Assembly: GCA_965203515.1 (NCBI GenBank)
Contig: OZ241907.1
Location: forward strand, 4,000,001-4,064,000
DNA: 64,000 bases
Origin: Spirochaetia bacterium
GTDB taxonomy: Bacteria > Spirochaetota > Spirochaetia > SZUA-6 > Bin103
Direction of reading: 5' to 3'
The notes under the pieces were generated by a model. It made no database searches and was not told the DNA's origin. It saw nothing but the letters and a program-made list of their open reading frames with translations. Positions within the stretch are counted from its first letter, which is position 1. The number at the start of each line of letters is the position of its first letter. This document shows, piece after piece, positions 20,332 through 29,009 of the stretch. A program made the position numbers and the translations under genes.

Positions 20332-21246
20332 TCACAGCGCGGCGGCGAACGCGCCGGCGATCCCCGCCGCGGTGAGCCAGCTCGCGCGGTCGCGCAGCGC
20401 GAACACCACCGGATCGTCGTGCACGGCCCCGCGGTTGGCGAGCAGCGTCAGGCGTCCCAGCCAGTAGACCAGCAACAGGCAGATCAGCCACAGGAACTCC
20501 GGCCGGCCGTACCGCATGCTCACCTCCGGACTCTGGATGTACAGGGCCAGGATGATCACCGCGGCGAAGCCGGCGGCGCCGGCGAGCGCCGCCACCACCG
20601 GCGCGTCGCCGATCAACCAGGCGCGCCCGTCGGCCGCGAGCCGGCCCGACTCGCGCAGGGCATGCAGCTCGCTCACGCGCTTGACGGCGGCCAGAGCGAT
20701 GAACGCGAACAGGAAGAAGGCCAGGAACCACGGGGTCAGCGGGACCGATGCCGCCACCCCGCCGGCGAGTACGCGCACCAGGTGAAGCAGCGACAGCGTC
20801 ACGATGTCGACGAACAACCCGCGCTTCAACACCAGCGAATAGGCTGCGGCCACCAACAGGTAGAGCAGCACCGTCCCGCCGGCGGCGGGCGATAGCCGGA
20901 AGGCGGCGGCGAGTCCGCCGGCCGCCAACAGCGCGGCCAGCCCGATCATCGGCGGCAACCGCACCCGGCCGGCCGCCAGCGGGCGGTGGCGCTTGCTCGG
21001 GTGACGGCGGTCGTGGGGGAGATCGAGCAGGTCGTTGAGGACGTAGGCTCCCGACGCGCACGCCGACAACGCCGCGAACATCGCCGCCGCCCGCAGGTAC
21101 AGCTCGACCTCGGTCGCGTGCGCGGTGAGCAGCGGGAGGAACACCAGCGCGTTCTTGACCCATTGGTGCGGGCGCAGAGCGCGGAGATAGTCGGCCGGAC
21201 CGCCGCCGGTCCCGGGCCGCGGGGCGGCTTGCATTCCGCTCAGCAT
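20332..21246 (-). CDS. UbiA-family polyprenyl-phosphate phosphoribosyltransferase (decaprenyl-P-ribose synthase type)
   Basis: LRPHQWVKNALVF, YVLNDLLDLPHDRRHPSKRHRPLAAG, AYSLVLK, DDPVVFALRD. Confidence 0.87.
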   Translation of the reverse strand: MLSGMQAAPRPGTGGGPADYLRALRPHQWVKNALVFLPLLTAHATEVELYLRAAAMFAALSACASGAYVLNDLLDLPHDRRHPSKRHRPLAAGRVRLPPMIGLAALLAAGGLAAAFRLSPAAGGTVLLYLLVAAAYSLVLKRGLFVDIVTLSLLHLVRVLAGGVAASVPLTPWFLAFFLFAFIALAAVKRVSELHALRESGRLAADGRAWLIGDAPVVAALAGAAGFAAVIILALYIQSPEVSMRYGRPEFLWLICLLLVYWLGRLTLLANRGAVHDDPVVFALRDRASWLTAAGIAGAFAAAL

Positions 21247-21339
21247 GCGCGGCGGCGCGGGCGGGTCCGATGGAAGACGCGCATGACCGGATGATATACT
21301 ACGCTCCGGTTCGCGGCCGGCTGGCATGGAAAGAACAGC

Positions 21340-23295
21340 GTGAGGATCAGCTCCCCCGGCGCACGTTCACGTTCCGGCTTCACCCTGTTCCTGGCCGCGC
21401 TGGCGGTAGCGGGCGCCGGGCTGGTGCTGGCGCGGGAAGTCACCTACGGGCCGGGACTGAGGGGTGACGCCCTCGGCCTGATCGCGATGGCCCGCAACCT
21501 GCTGGCCGGCGAGGGCCTTACCTATATCAGCGGCCGCGCCCAGACCAACTGGCCGCCGTTCTACCCGCTGCTGCTGGCCGCCGGCGGCCTGGTGGGGTTC
21601 GACCCGCTCCACCTCGCCGGTCCGCTCAACGCGGCCCTCTTCGGGCTGACCGTCTTCATCGCCGGGCGCCACCTGCGCCGGCGCCTCCGGTCGCGCTTCC
21701 TGGCGGTGTGGGCCGCGCTTGCGGTCGTCCTGTCGGTGCCGCTGGCGACGCGGGCGTGGACGGCGATGTCCGAACCGACCTTCATCCTGCTGGCGGCCGC
21801 AGCGCTGATGCAGACCGACCGGTTCCTCACCGAAGGGCGCACTCCGGCCCTGGCGTGGGCCGCGGTCTGCGGCTCGCTGGCGTTCCTGACCCGCTACGCG
21901 GGCGTGGCCGTGCCGTTGGCCGTGGGGCTGGCGCTGCTCTGCCAACCGCGCGCGTCGTTCCGGCAGCGGGCGGGGCGGATCGCCGCGGTGGCGCTGACCG
22001 CCGCCGTTCCCATGGCGCTGTGGCTGCTCCGCAACTACCTGGTCACCGGGCAGCTCATCAAGCAGGTGGCCGACCTGCGGCCTCCCATCCTGTCCGTGCC
22101 GGCGGCGCTCGACGGGGTGCGCGCCACGCTGTGGGAATGGTCGTACCTCGACTTCCTGCCGCCCGCGGTCACCTGGGCGCTGCTGGCGCTGGCCGCCGCG
22201 GCGCTGCTGCCGATCGGCCTGGCGGCGGTCGGAGGGCGGCGCGAGCGGCCGCCGTTCGCGTGGCACGCCGTGCTGGTGTTCGGCGGTTTCACGCTGCTCT
22301 ATCTGGTCGTGCTCATCGCTTCGATCACCACCCTCCCGCATCCCTGGCAGTCCCGGTTCCTGGCTCCGGTCTACGTCCCGCTGCTGGCGATCGCGGCGTT
22401 CGCCCTCGATTGGTTGCTGGCAGCGCCGCGGCGGCGGAACGCGGCGGCGGCGCGTCTGCCCGGCGCGGTCCTGATGGTGGCGCTCTCCCTCTGGACGGCG
22501 GGGCAGGTGGTGCGCGGCGGCTTCGAGATCCGCCGCCTCAACTCCGACCAGCAGTACCTCAGCTTCCTGTCGCAACCGTGGGCCGATTCGGCGACCGTGC
22601 GGCATCTCCGGGAGAACCCCGGCGGCGGCACGGTCTACAGCAACGTGCGCAACGCGGCGTACCTGTACGGCGACGGAACCGGGACCTATCACCGGCTTCC
22701 GGTGCGCTGGACGGAGCTGCAGGAGCAGGTCGCGGCGGCGCCGGACGGCGCGCGCCTGATCTGGTTCGACGCCTACCGGGTCGACCTGGTGTGGGGCTTG
22801 GTCCCGTACGACTACGGCGTTGCGCAACTGCGCGCGACACCGGGCCTGGAGCCGGTGGCGGAGTTGGCCGACGGCGCCGTCTTCACGGTGAACGCGGACT
22901 ACGCGCCGCCCGCCAACGCGCATCTGGCGGCGTATGCGGCGATCGATGCGGGCGCTCTGGGCGAGCCGGCCGCACGCGCCGCCTTCGACCTCTATCTCGA
23001 CGGTAGGGAGCTGGTCTACCTGAAGAAGCCGTGCAGCCCCGACGACGCCGGCGAGCGGTTCTTCCTGCATCTGTTCCCGGCCGATGCCGCGGACCTGTCC
23101 GACCGCGGCCGGCAGCACGGCTTCGACAACCTGGACTTCGACTTTGCGGACCGCGGCGTGTTCCCGGCCGCCGATACGTGCCTGGCGCTGGTGCCGCTGC
23201 CGGACTACGACCGGGGCATCGACCGCATCCGTACCGGCCAGTGGATTCGCGGCGCAGGCCAGCTCTGGAGCGTGGAGTTCCGGACCGCCGAATAG
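21340..23295 (+). CDS. GT-C fold membrane glycosyltransferase (second subfamily) with one C-terminal shared domain
   Basis: ARNLLAGEG, WPPFYPLLL, MSEPTF, LTRYAG, RFLAP; many TMs; C-terminal FDLYLDG...KKPC...FFLHLFP...RTGQW. Confidence 0.78.
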   Translation: MRISSPGARSRSGFTLFLAALAVAGAGLVLAREVTYGPGLRGDALGLIAMARNLLAGEGLTYISGRAQTNWPPFYPLLLAAGGLVGFDPLHLAGPLNAALFGLTVFIAGRHLRRRLRSRFLAVWAALAVVLSVPLATRAWTAMSEPTFILLAAAALMQTDRFLTEGRTPALAWAAVCGSLAFLTRYAGVAVPLAVGLALLCQPRASFRQRAGRIAAVALTAAVPMALWLLRNYLVTGQLIKQVADLRPPILSVPAALDGVRATLWEWSYLDFLPPAVTWALLALAAAALLPIGLAAVGGRRERPPFAWHAVLVFGGFTLLYLVVLIASITTLPHPWQSRFLAPVYVPLLAIAAFALDWLLAAPRRRNAAAARLPGAVLMVALSLWTAGQVVRGGFEIRRLNSDQQYLSFLSQPWADSATVRHLRENPGGGTVYSNVRNAAYLYGDGTGTYHRLPVRWTELQEQVAAAPDGARLIWFDAYRVDLVWGLVPYDYGVAQLRATPGLEPVAELADGAVFTVNADYAPPANAHLAAYAAIDAGALGEPAARAAFDLYLDGRELVYLKKPCSPDDAGERFFLHLFPADAADLSDRGRQHGFDNLDFDFADRGVFPAADTCLALVPLPDYDRGIDRIRTGQWIRGAGQLWSVEFRTAE

Positions 23296-23359
23296 CCCGC
23301 CGCGCGAGGCTGGATGGCTGGAAGGAGTTGCTCAACCAAGTGAGCGAGAAGCGAGGTGG

Positions 23360-23761
23360 TCATACGGACCGGATCAGTGAGAGGTTCGGGATAGCAACGA
23401 AATCACGGTCGTGAGTAGCCAGCGGGCACTGCAACAGGATAGCGGTCGCGGCGATCCACGCATCGGCCAACTTCAGCTCCCGACCGGCCGATCTACGTTC
23501 GCTACGCAAGCGGGCGCAGATCCGGACCAATTCGTCACTTGCCCACACGATCTCGTATTGATCGAGGTGTTCAGCGAGCGTGGCTTGGCGCCGTCTCTCC
23601 CAATTGCTCTTGTATGCCCCGTACCACAGTTCCTCCAAGGTCTGAAACGAGATGAGACTGCGACAGCCCGCCAGTTTTCCCTCATAGTATGGTGCCCGGC
23701 CATCCTGATTGTAGATGATCGAAACGACACTGGTGTCAACGACTACCAGCGGAGCGCTCAT
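23360..23761 (-). CDS. PIN-domain (VapC-like) ribonuclease toxin
   Basis: VVVDTSVVS, SFQTLEEL, DAWIAATA, LATHDRDF; ATG overlaps the stop of the upstream gene. Confidence 0.9.
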   Translation of the reverse strand: MSAPLVVVDTSVVSIIYNQDGRAPYYEGKLAGCRSLISFQTLEELWYGAYKSNWERRRQATLAEHLDQYEIVWASDELVRICARLRSERRSAGRELKLADAWIAATAILLQCPLATHDRDFVAIPNLSLIRSV

Positions 23762-24609
23762 CAAGCGTCGCGACCTTCTCGGATGATGCGCATGAACTCG
23801 TCGACATCGAACGGCTCGCTCGTCCTGACCACCTTCTCAGGGTCGAAGACCTTTGGGTCAGGGGCGTTCAACAGCTCGTCGAGATCATATGGCTGCAGCG
23901 ACGATCTGGTCCCTTTGAGCTGCCCGACGTGAAAGTCTACCAAGCTGCCATCCGCGGCGAAGGTGCCGCGACCTCTAACCTCGACATACTGAGTCGCGTG
24001 ACGCTGCATATCCTTATCCAGTGCGGCATCGAATCGGAGCCGAACCACGGGTTGGCCGTAGTTGTGCAGATGGGCAGTCCTTCGCTTCCAGTCGACCATC
24101 ATCAGACGTCCCTGCAAGGTTGCATCGATTTCCTCGGCCGTACTCGGCTCATGGACTTGGCTCATTCTGGTCAGGGTCAACGAGCTTTCCGTGCCGGGGG
24201 AGCTGAGCCGTACTAAATATATTTCCTCCGACAATTCATTCCGCACGGCATTCAGCTCCTTGACGACTCCTTGCGGCAGCGACGGGTCTTGATCGCCTTT
24301 CCACCTCAGAAGGCGGTTCACGGCCCGAGGGCCGTAGTTCCATAGGTCGGGTTGCGCACCAACCGGAGGGGACAGTTCCAGCACTGCGACAAGGGAACCC
24401 GGAGCCGTGCGCACCAGCCGCAGGGCGCTCTGGTCTCGCGCGAGCTTCGGCGGTCGGCCTCGGCGGGAAGGATCGGCGCCCATCAGATGGACCACCATGA
24501 GTCGTACCGCCCGCTGCATATGCTCCAAGGTCTTAAGGAGATCCTTGACCGGCAGCCCGGCTTCGCTGACGCGTGGCCCCTTGAACGCGACATGTAGCTG
24601 GTTCTTCAG
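23761..24609 (-). CDS. Hypothetical protein coupled to the PIN gene (candidate antitoxin or partner)
   Basis: Frame extends to a CTG at 24609 preceded by AGGAGG; TGATG overlap with PIN; acidic C-terminus FDVDEFMRIIREGRDA. Confidence 0.65.
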   Translation of the reverse strand: MKNQLHVAFKGPRVSEAGLPVKDLLKTLEHMQRAVRLMVVHLMGADPSRRGRPPKLARDQSALRLVRTAPGSLVAVLELSPPVGAQPDLWNYGPRAVNRLLRWKGDQDPSLPQGVVKELNAVRNELSEEIYLVRLSSPGTESSLTLTRMSQVHEPSTAEEIDATLQGRLMMVDWKRRTAHLHNYGQPVVRLRFDAALDKDMQRHATQYVEVRGRGTFAADGSLVDFHVGQLKGTRSSLQPYDLDELLNAPDPKVFDPEKVVRTSEPFDVDEFMRIIREGRDA

Positions 24610-24760
24610 GGGAACCTCCTCGGTGGATAGGAGTGGACTTTGAGATTGGTCCCGATTCTATGGCCACCCAACGGTCAGCCTCCAGACGCTGGCCGCAGCA
24701 TAGCACGCCGCGCACGGCTCGACAGACCACGCTCCGCGTGGGGCGCATCGGCGATCTTGA

Positions 24761-26050
24761 TCACCGGTCTACCGGAGCCTGATCCTCGCCGGGGCGCCCG
24801 TATCCGGCACCGACGTGGCGGTAACGGTGATGGGCGGCGCACAGCAGGCGGAGATTGTTCGGCTCGGCGCCGCCGCCGCGGGCATACGGCACGACGTGAT
24901 CGATCTGCAGCAGGTGCTGCGAGCCGCAGCGGCGCCCGCTGGTGCGGTCCACGTAGCGGCAGCGGCCCCGGTCGCGCCGCCAGACCTCGCGCTTGACCGC
25001 CGCCGGGATGGCGCGGCCGGTCACGCCCGGCTTCGCTGCCGAAGTCCGGGTCCGCGGCGGCGCAGCCGGCTGCGCGCACGCCGCAGCCTGCCGGTCGAGG
25101 CGCCGCGTCTTCGGCGCCGAAGTGGCGTCGCCCGCCGGCTTCGCTGCCGAAGTGTCCGGGCGGTCAGCGGCTTCGTCTCCCGGCTGCGCCGCCGCCTGAG
25201 TCGATACCTTCGCCGCCGAAGGATCGGCGCTGTCCGCGCTCGCCTCCTGCTTCGCTGCTGGGGCAGCGAAGCGAGCCGAGGCCGCCTGCGTCTTCGGCGC
25301 CGAAGTCTGCTCGGCTCCTTTGGCCGGCGCGGCGCGCCGCCCGCGCGGCGGCCGGGCCGGGTCGTGGCGGTCGAGCCCTTCCCGCACCAGCCGCCCCATG
25401 AGCTGCCCCATCGTCATTTGCGGATCGACGTGGGACAGGAGGCCCTTGAGCCGCTCCAAGCCCCGCCGGCACTCATCGTCGATCACCGCCTTGAGCTCCC
25501 AGCGCCCGCCGCCCAGCGGCCGCACCCGATCCGCCGGCGCCGCCAGCTCCGGGTCCACCTCGGCCAGCAACTGCATCACCTCCCGGCTGCTCTTGCCGGA
25601 CGCCTGCTCCACCAGCTCCCGCCGCGCCTCCGGGTCCAGCACCGGCGCCGGCTCCCGCTTCCGCTCCGCCGACCGCGGCGGCGCCGAACCGTTCTGCGAC
25701 TGAGCGGCAGCCCCGAACCCGGTCCTGCCCGGCGCGCTACGCGCCGAGCGTTCCTTCTTGCGCTCCTGCCGGTCGAAGGCATGCTGCAACTGCGCGGCCG
25801 CGTTCAGCGTCATCGTGCCATTCTGCAAGCGCTCGCGCACGCCCTCCACGTCCGCGCAGAGCCGCATCGCCTTGATGCGCCGCCACGCTGCGGCGTCGCT
25901 GTAACCCAGTTCGCGCACCGCGTAATCGAACAGGCTGGAGAACCCGCGGCGCAGATACAGGCGGCGCCTATCAATCTCGCGCAGGTGGTCGATGACGACC
26001 ACTTCGAGATGGTGTTCGATGCGGGAAAGTTCCTTGGTCCGCTCCAGCAA
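24761..26050 (-). CDS. HNH endonuclease with DUF222-like N-terminus; 5' end possibly frameshifted
   Basis: HLREIDRRRLY..GFSSLFDY..ELGYS N-terminus; C-terminal IPAAVKREVWRRDRGRC...LQIDHVVP...GG...NNLRLLCAAHH. Confidence 0.85.
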   Translation of the reverse strand: MLERTKELSRIEHHLEVVVIDHLREIDRRRLYLRRGFSSLFDYAVRELGYSDAAAWRRIKAMRLCADVEGVRERLQNGTMTLNAAAQLQHAFDRQERKKERSARSAPGRTGFGAAAQSQNGSAPPRSAERKREPAPVLDPEARRELVEQASGKSSREVMQLLAEVDPELAAPADRVRPLGGGRWELKAVIDDECRRGLERLKGLLSHVDPQMTMGQLMGRLVREGLDRHDPARPPRGRRAAPAKGAEQTSAPKTQAASARFAAPAAKQEASADSADPSAAKVSTQAAAQPGDEAADRPDTSAAKPAGDATSAPKTRRLDRQAAACAQPAAPPRTRTSAAKPGVTGRAIPAAVKREVWRRDRGRCRYVDRTSGRRCGSQHLLQIDHVVPYARGGGAEPNNLRLLCAAHHRYRHVGAGYGRPGEDQAPVDR

Positions 26051-26120
26051 GCGGTCGTCTGAGAGGGCGGAAACGGTAGTGGTGACGGCCCTGTCGGGAG
26101 CATGTTTTGTTCATGACATA

Positions 26121-26149
26121 AGTATAACCATGGAAACTACTTGAGTCAA
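26121..26149 (-). promoter_or_regulatory. Putative sigma70 promoter of the HNH gene
   Basis: Minus strand TTGACT, 17 bp, TATACT, with an ATG (26114) at the expected transcription start. Confidence 0.65.
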
Positions 26150-26523
26150 GTTATTCGGCCCGGAAGATGCCACCTGTGGGCGCGACTCGGCGGCGCATTT
26201 CCAAGCGGCTGGACGTCCGTGAGGTGCTACTGCCGAGAATGTCGCCGGCGTCGAGCGGCAGGATTTCTTCTTACGGCCCCAGGCGGCCTCGTCGATCGGT
26301 ACCAACAAATTGAAGTGCGCCCTCCGCGTGACGTGGATTCGCGGCGTGGGCCAGCTCTGGAGCCGAGTTCCGGGCCGCCGAGTAGCCGGCGGCGGCAGCC
26401 CCCGTTGTCTGGCGCGCAACCGCGCGCGTAGAATCCGGCAACGATGAAATCGATCTTGACGGCGCTCGGCGCGACGCGCGTGATGCGGACGTTGGTTGAC
26501 ACGCCAAGCAGTTCCGTGTACAA

Positions 26524-26628
26524 ACCGCCGACCGCCGACCGCCGACCGCCGACCGCCGACCGCCGACCGCCGACCGCCGACCGCCGACCGCCGACCGCCG
26601 ACCGCCGACCGCCGACCGCCGACCGCCG
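26524..26628 (+). repeat. Perfect tandem repeat (ACCGCCG)x15
   Basis: Counted directly: 105 bp, between ATG 26444 and the ASST signal-peptide coding region. Confidence 0.95.
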
Positions 26629-26763
26629 TATGGTCGGTCTGGATCTAGCCTATCGCTAGCGGCTGCGTTTATCGCGCTCGGCGCGGCGCTGGCGACCGCG
26701 GACGCGCCCGCCGTCCTGCGCCACGGCGCGTCGGTCAGCGAGCGCAACGCCCTGATCGTCTAT

Positions 26764-28467
26764 GTGCGGATAACGCTGGCGCGCGCGGCGCGGGTGTTCG
26801 TCGAGTACGACCACCCGCAGGCCGGCCGCTACCGCACGCCGCTGAGCGAGCCGGGCGCGACGCACGCCATCCCGCTCGTCAGGCTGCGCCCGGAGACGAC
26901 CTACGACTACACCATCTTCGTGGTGGACGGCTCCGTGGCCGGCAACGCCGCGCTGGACGGCGCGGATACGGCCGCCGGGCCGGGCGGCCGGTTCACCACC
27001 GGACCGCTGCCGTTGCGTCTCGCCGCCATTCCGATGAAGGCGCGCGGCAGAAGCTCGCAACCGCTCATCCTGTCCGATTACCGGCGCGAGTACCACGTCT
27101 TCTGGGACGAAGTGGGCGGAATAGTCTGGTACCAGGAAGGGGTCGGCGCCATCGCGCAGCTGCCCGCCGGCAACCTGATCTTCTTGGATCGCGGCCTGGT
27201 CGAAGTCACCCCCCTTGGAGCAGTGGTCAACCGGTTTGAGCGGCACGGCGCCGCGGCGAATCCCCACCATGACGTGGCCGTGTTCGATGCCGAACGCGTG
27301 ATCTACCTGAGCCGGGACTCGGCGAACGGCGGGCCGGCGGAAGCTACGTTCGACAATCTGCGCGTCTGGGACCGGGAGAGCGGACACTTCGAGCAGGTCT
27401 GGAACTCGAAGGACGCCTGGGACCTGATGGACCCGGCACTGCGCGTGAGGAGACCCAACGGGAAACCCTTTGATTGGACGCACCTCAACTCGGTGAGCAT
27501 CGGTCCGCGCGGCAACGTCGTCCTGTCATCCCGCGCGCGCAATCAGGTGGTCTCACTCAGCGCGGACTCGTGGACGATCGAATGGCAACTGAACGGACCG
27601 GACAGCGATTACGAGTTCCCGAACCCGAACGACCGGTTCTACGGGCAGCACACCGCGGCGCAGCTCGGCAACGGCAACGTTCTGCTGTTCGACAACGGCT
27701 TGAGGCGTCCCGCTGCCGAGGGCGGGGCCTACTCGCGCGCGCTGGAGCTGCGGCTGGACGAGGCGGCCGGCACTGCGGTGAAAGTGTGGGAATACCGGCT
27801 GACGCCGGACGTCTACCTGCGGGGCAAGGGCAGCGCGTACCGGCTGCGCGGCGGCAACACCCTGATCAGCTTCAATGACACGATCGTGGAGGTGGACGCT
27901 GCCGGCAACGAAGTGTTCCGGGGCGATAACCACCTGCCATTGCATGCGGATTGGGGTTTGCGGGCGCGCTATCGAGCCTACGGCGGCATCGGGGCGATCA
28001 TGGGCGAAACCATGCTGCGGCCGCCGGCGGCGGCGCCCGCGCACGCGCGCGCCGCGACGTTCGATAAGGACTACTACCTGGCCAGGGAGCGGGCGTGGTT
28101 CGAGGAGCTGGCGGCGGCCCTGGACGGCCGGCAGCTCGCCGCCGGCGGGGCGTTCGACGTGTATGCGGCAGGGGACCGGCTGGTATACGTGAAGGAACCT
28201 TGCGCTCCGCAGGATGTCCGGGCGCGCTTCTTTCTGCACGTCTTTCCGGCCGCCGATGGCGATCTGGCCTCGGGCAGCCGGGAGCAGGGTTTCGACAACC
28301 TCGACTTCGATTTCCGGACGCGCGGCGTGTTCTGGGACGGCGCCTGCTTGGTGGCCGCGACCCTCCCGGACTATGAGATCGCCCGCGTCCGTACCGGTCA
28401 GTTCATCAGCGGGCAGGGCCAACTCTGGAGCGCGGAGTTCGCGGTCGGACCGACCGCGCGGCGCTAA
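26764..28467 (+). CDS. Arylsulfotransferase (ASST)-like protein with shared C-terminal domain; N-terminus (ATG 26444) out of frame across the 7-bp repeat
   Basis: PHHD, WTHLNSV, SSRARNQV, FYGQHTA, LLFDNG, YSRALEL, KVWEY; the in-frame signal peptide LAAAFIALGAALATA upstream of 26764 has no start codon of its own. Confidence 0.8.
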   Translation: MRITLARAARVFVEYDHPQAGRYRTPLSEPGATHAIPLVRLRPETTYDYTIFVVDGSVAGNAALDGADTAAGPGGRFTTGPLPLRLAAIPMKARGRSSQPLILSDYRREYHVFWDEVGGIVWYQEGVGAIAQLPAGNLIFLDRGLVEVTPLGAVVNRFERHGAAANPHHDVAVFDAERVIYLSRDSANGGPAEATFDNLRVWDRESGHFEQVWNSKDAWDLMDPALRVRRPNGKPFDWTHLNSVSIGPRGNVVLSSRARNQVVSLSADSWTIEWQLNGPDSDYEFPNPNDRFYGQHTAAQLGNGNVLLFDNGLRRPAAEGGAYSRALELRLDEAAGTAVKVWEYRLTPDVYLRGKGSAYRLRGGNTLISFNDTIVEVDAAGNEVFRGDNHLPLHADWGLRARYRAYGGIGAIMGETMLRPPAAAPAHARAATFDKDYYLARERAWFEELAAALDGRQLAAGGAFDVYAAGDRLVYVKEPCAPQDVRARFFLHVFPAADGDLASGSREQGFDNLDFDFRTRGVFWDGACLVAATLPDYEIARVRTGQFISGQGQLWSAEFAVGPTARR

Positions 28468-28821
28468 CGGGAAGCGCGCGCCGCGATCGTCTCCGGCGCC
28501 TGGGGAGCACCGGTCGGCCGCGCGGCCTTCGACCTCTACCTCGACGGCCGGGTGCTGGCGTACCACAAGGAGCCGTGCGCGGCGGAGGACCTGCGAGAGC
28601 GGTTCTTCCTGCGTGTGGTACCGGCGGCCGTGGAGGACCTTGCCGCGCACGACCGGCCGCGGGGTTTCGACTACCGGGAACATGGGGCGCAGCTCGGCGC
28701 AGCGTGCGTGGCGCTGGTGCCACTGCCGGAATACGCGATCGCCGGCCTCCGCACCGACCAGTTCATCAGCGGCGAAGGTCAGCTCTGGGAGGTGGAGATC
28801 GAGGCGCCGGCCGGCGAGTAG
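28468..28821 (+). pseudogene. Second shared C-terminal domain cut off by an in-frame TAA
   Basis: Same frame as the ASST after TAA 28465-28467, where paralogues read TAT. Confidence 0.7.
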
Positions 28822-29009
28822 CCGAAGGGGTCAGAGGCGTTCAACAGCTCGTCGAGATCAACGGCTGCAGCGACGATCTTAGGGGAGGCTGCCTCCGACA
28901 GAGGAGGATGGAGGGGCCGCCGGCGGCGGCTGGCCCCGTGGCGATGATTCGGCGGCCGTCTACCGCCGTGCGTTGAAGCGCCGCAGACGGCCGGCCCGTA
29001 GTAGGGGAC

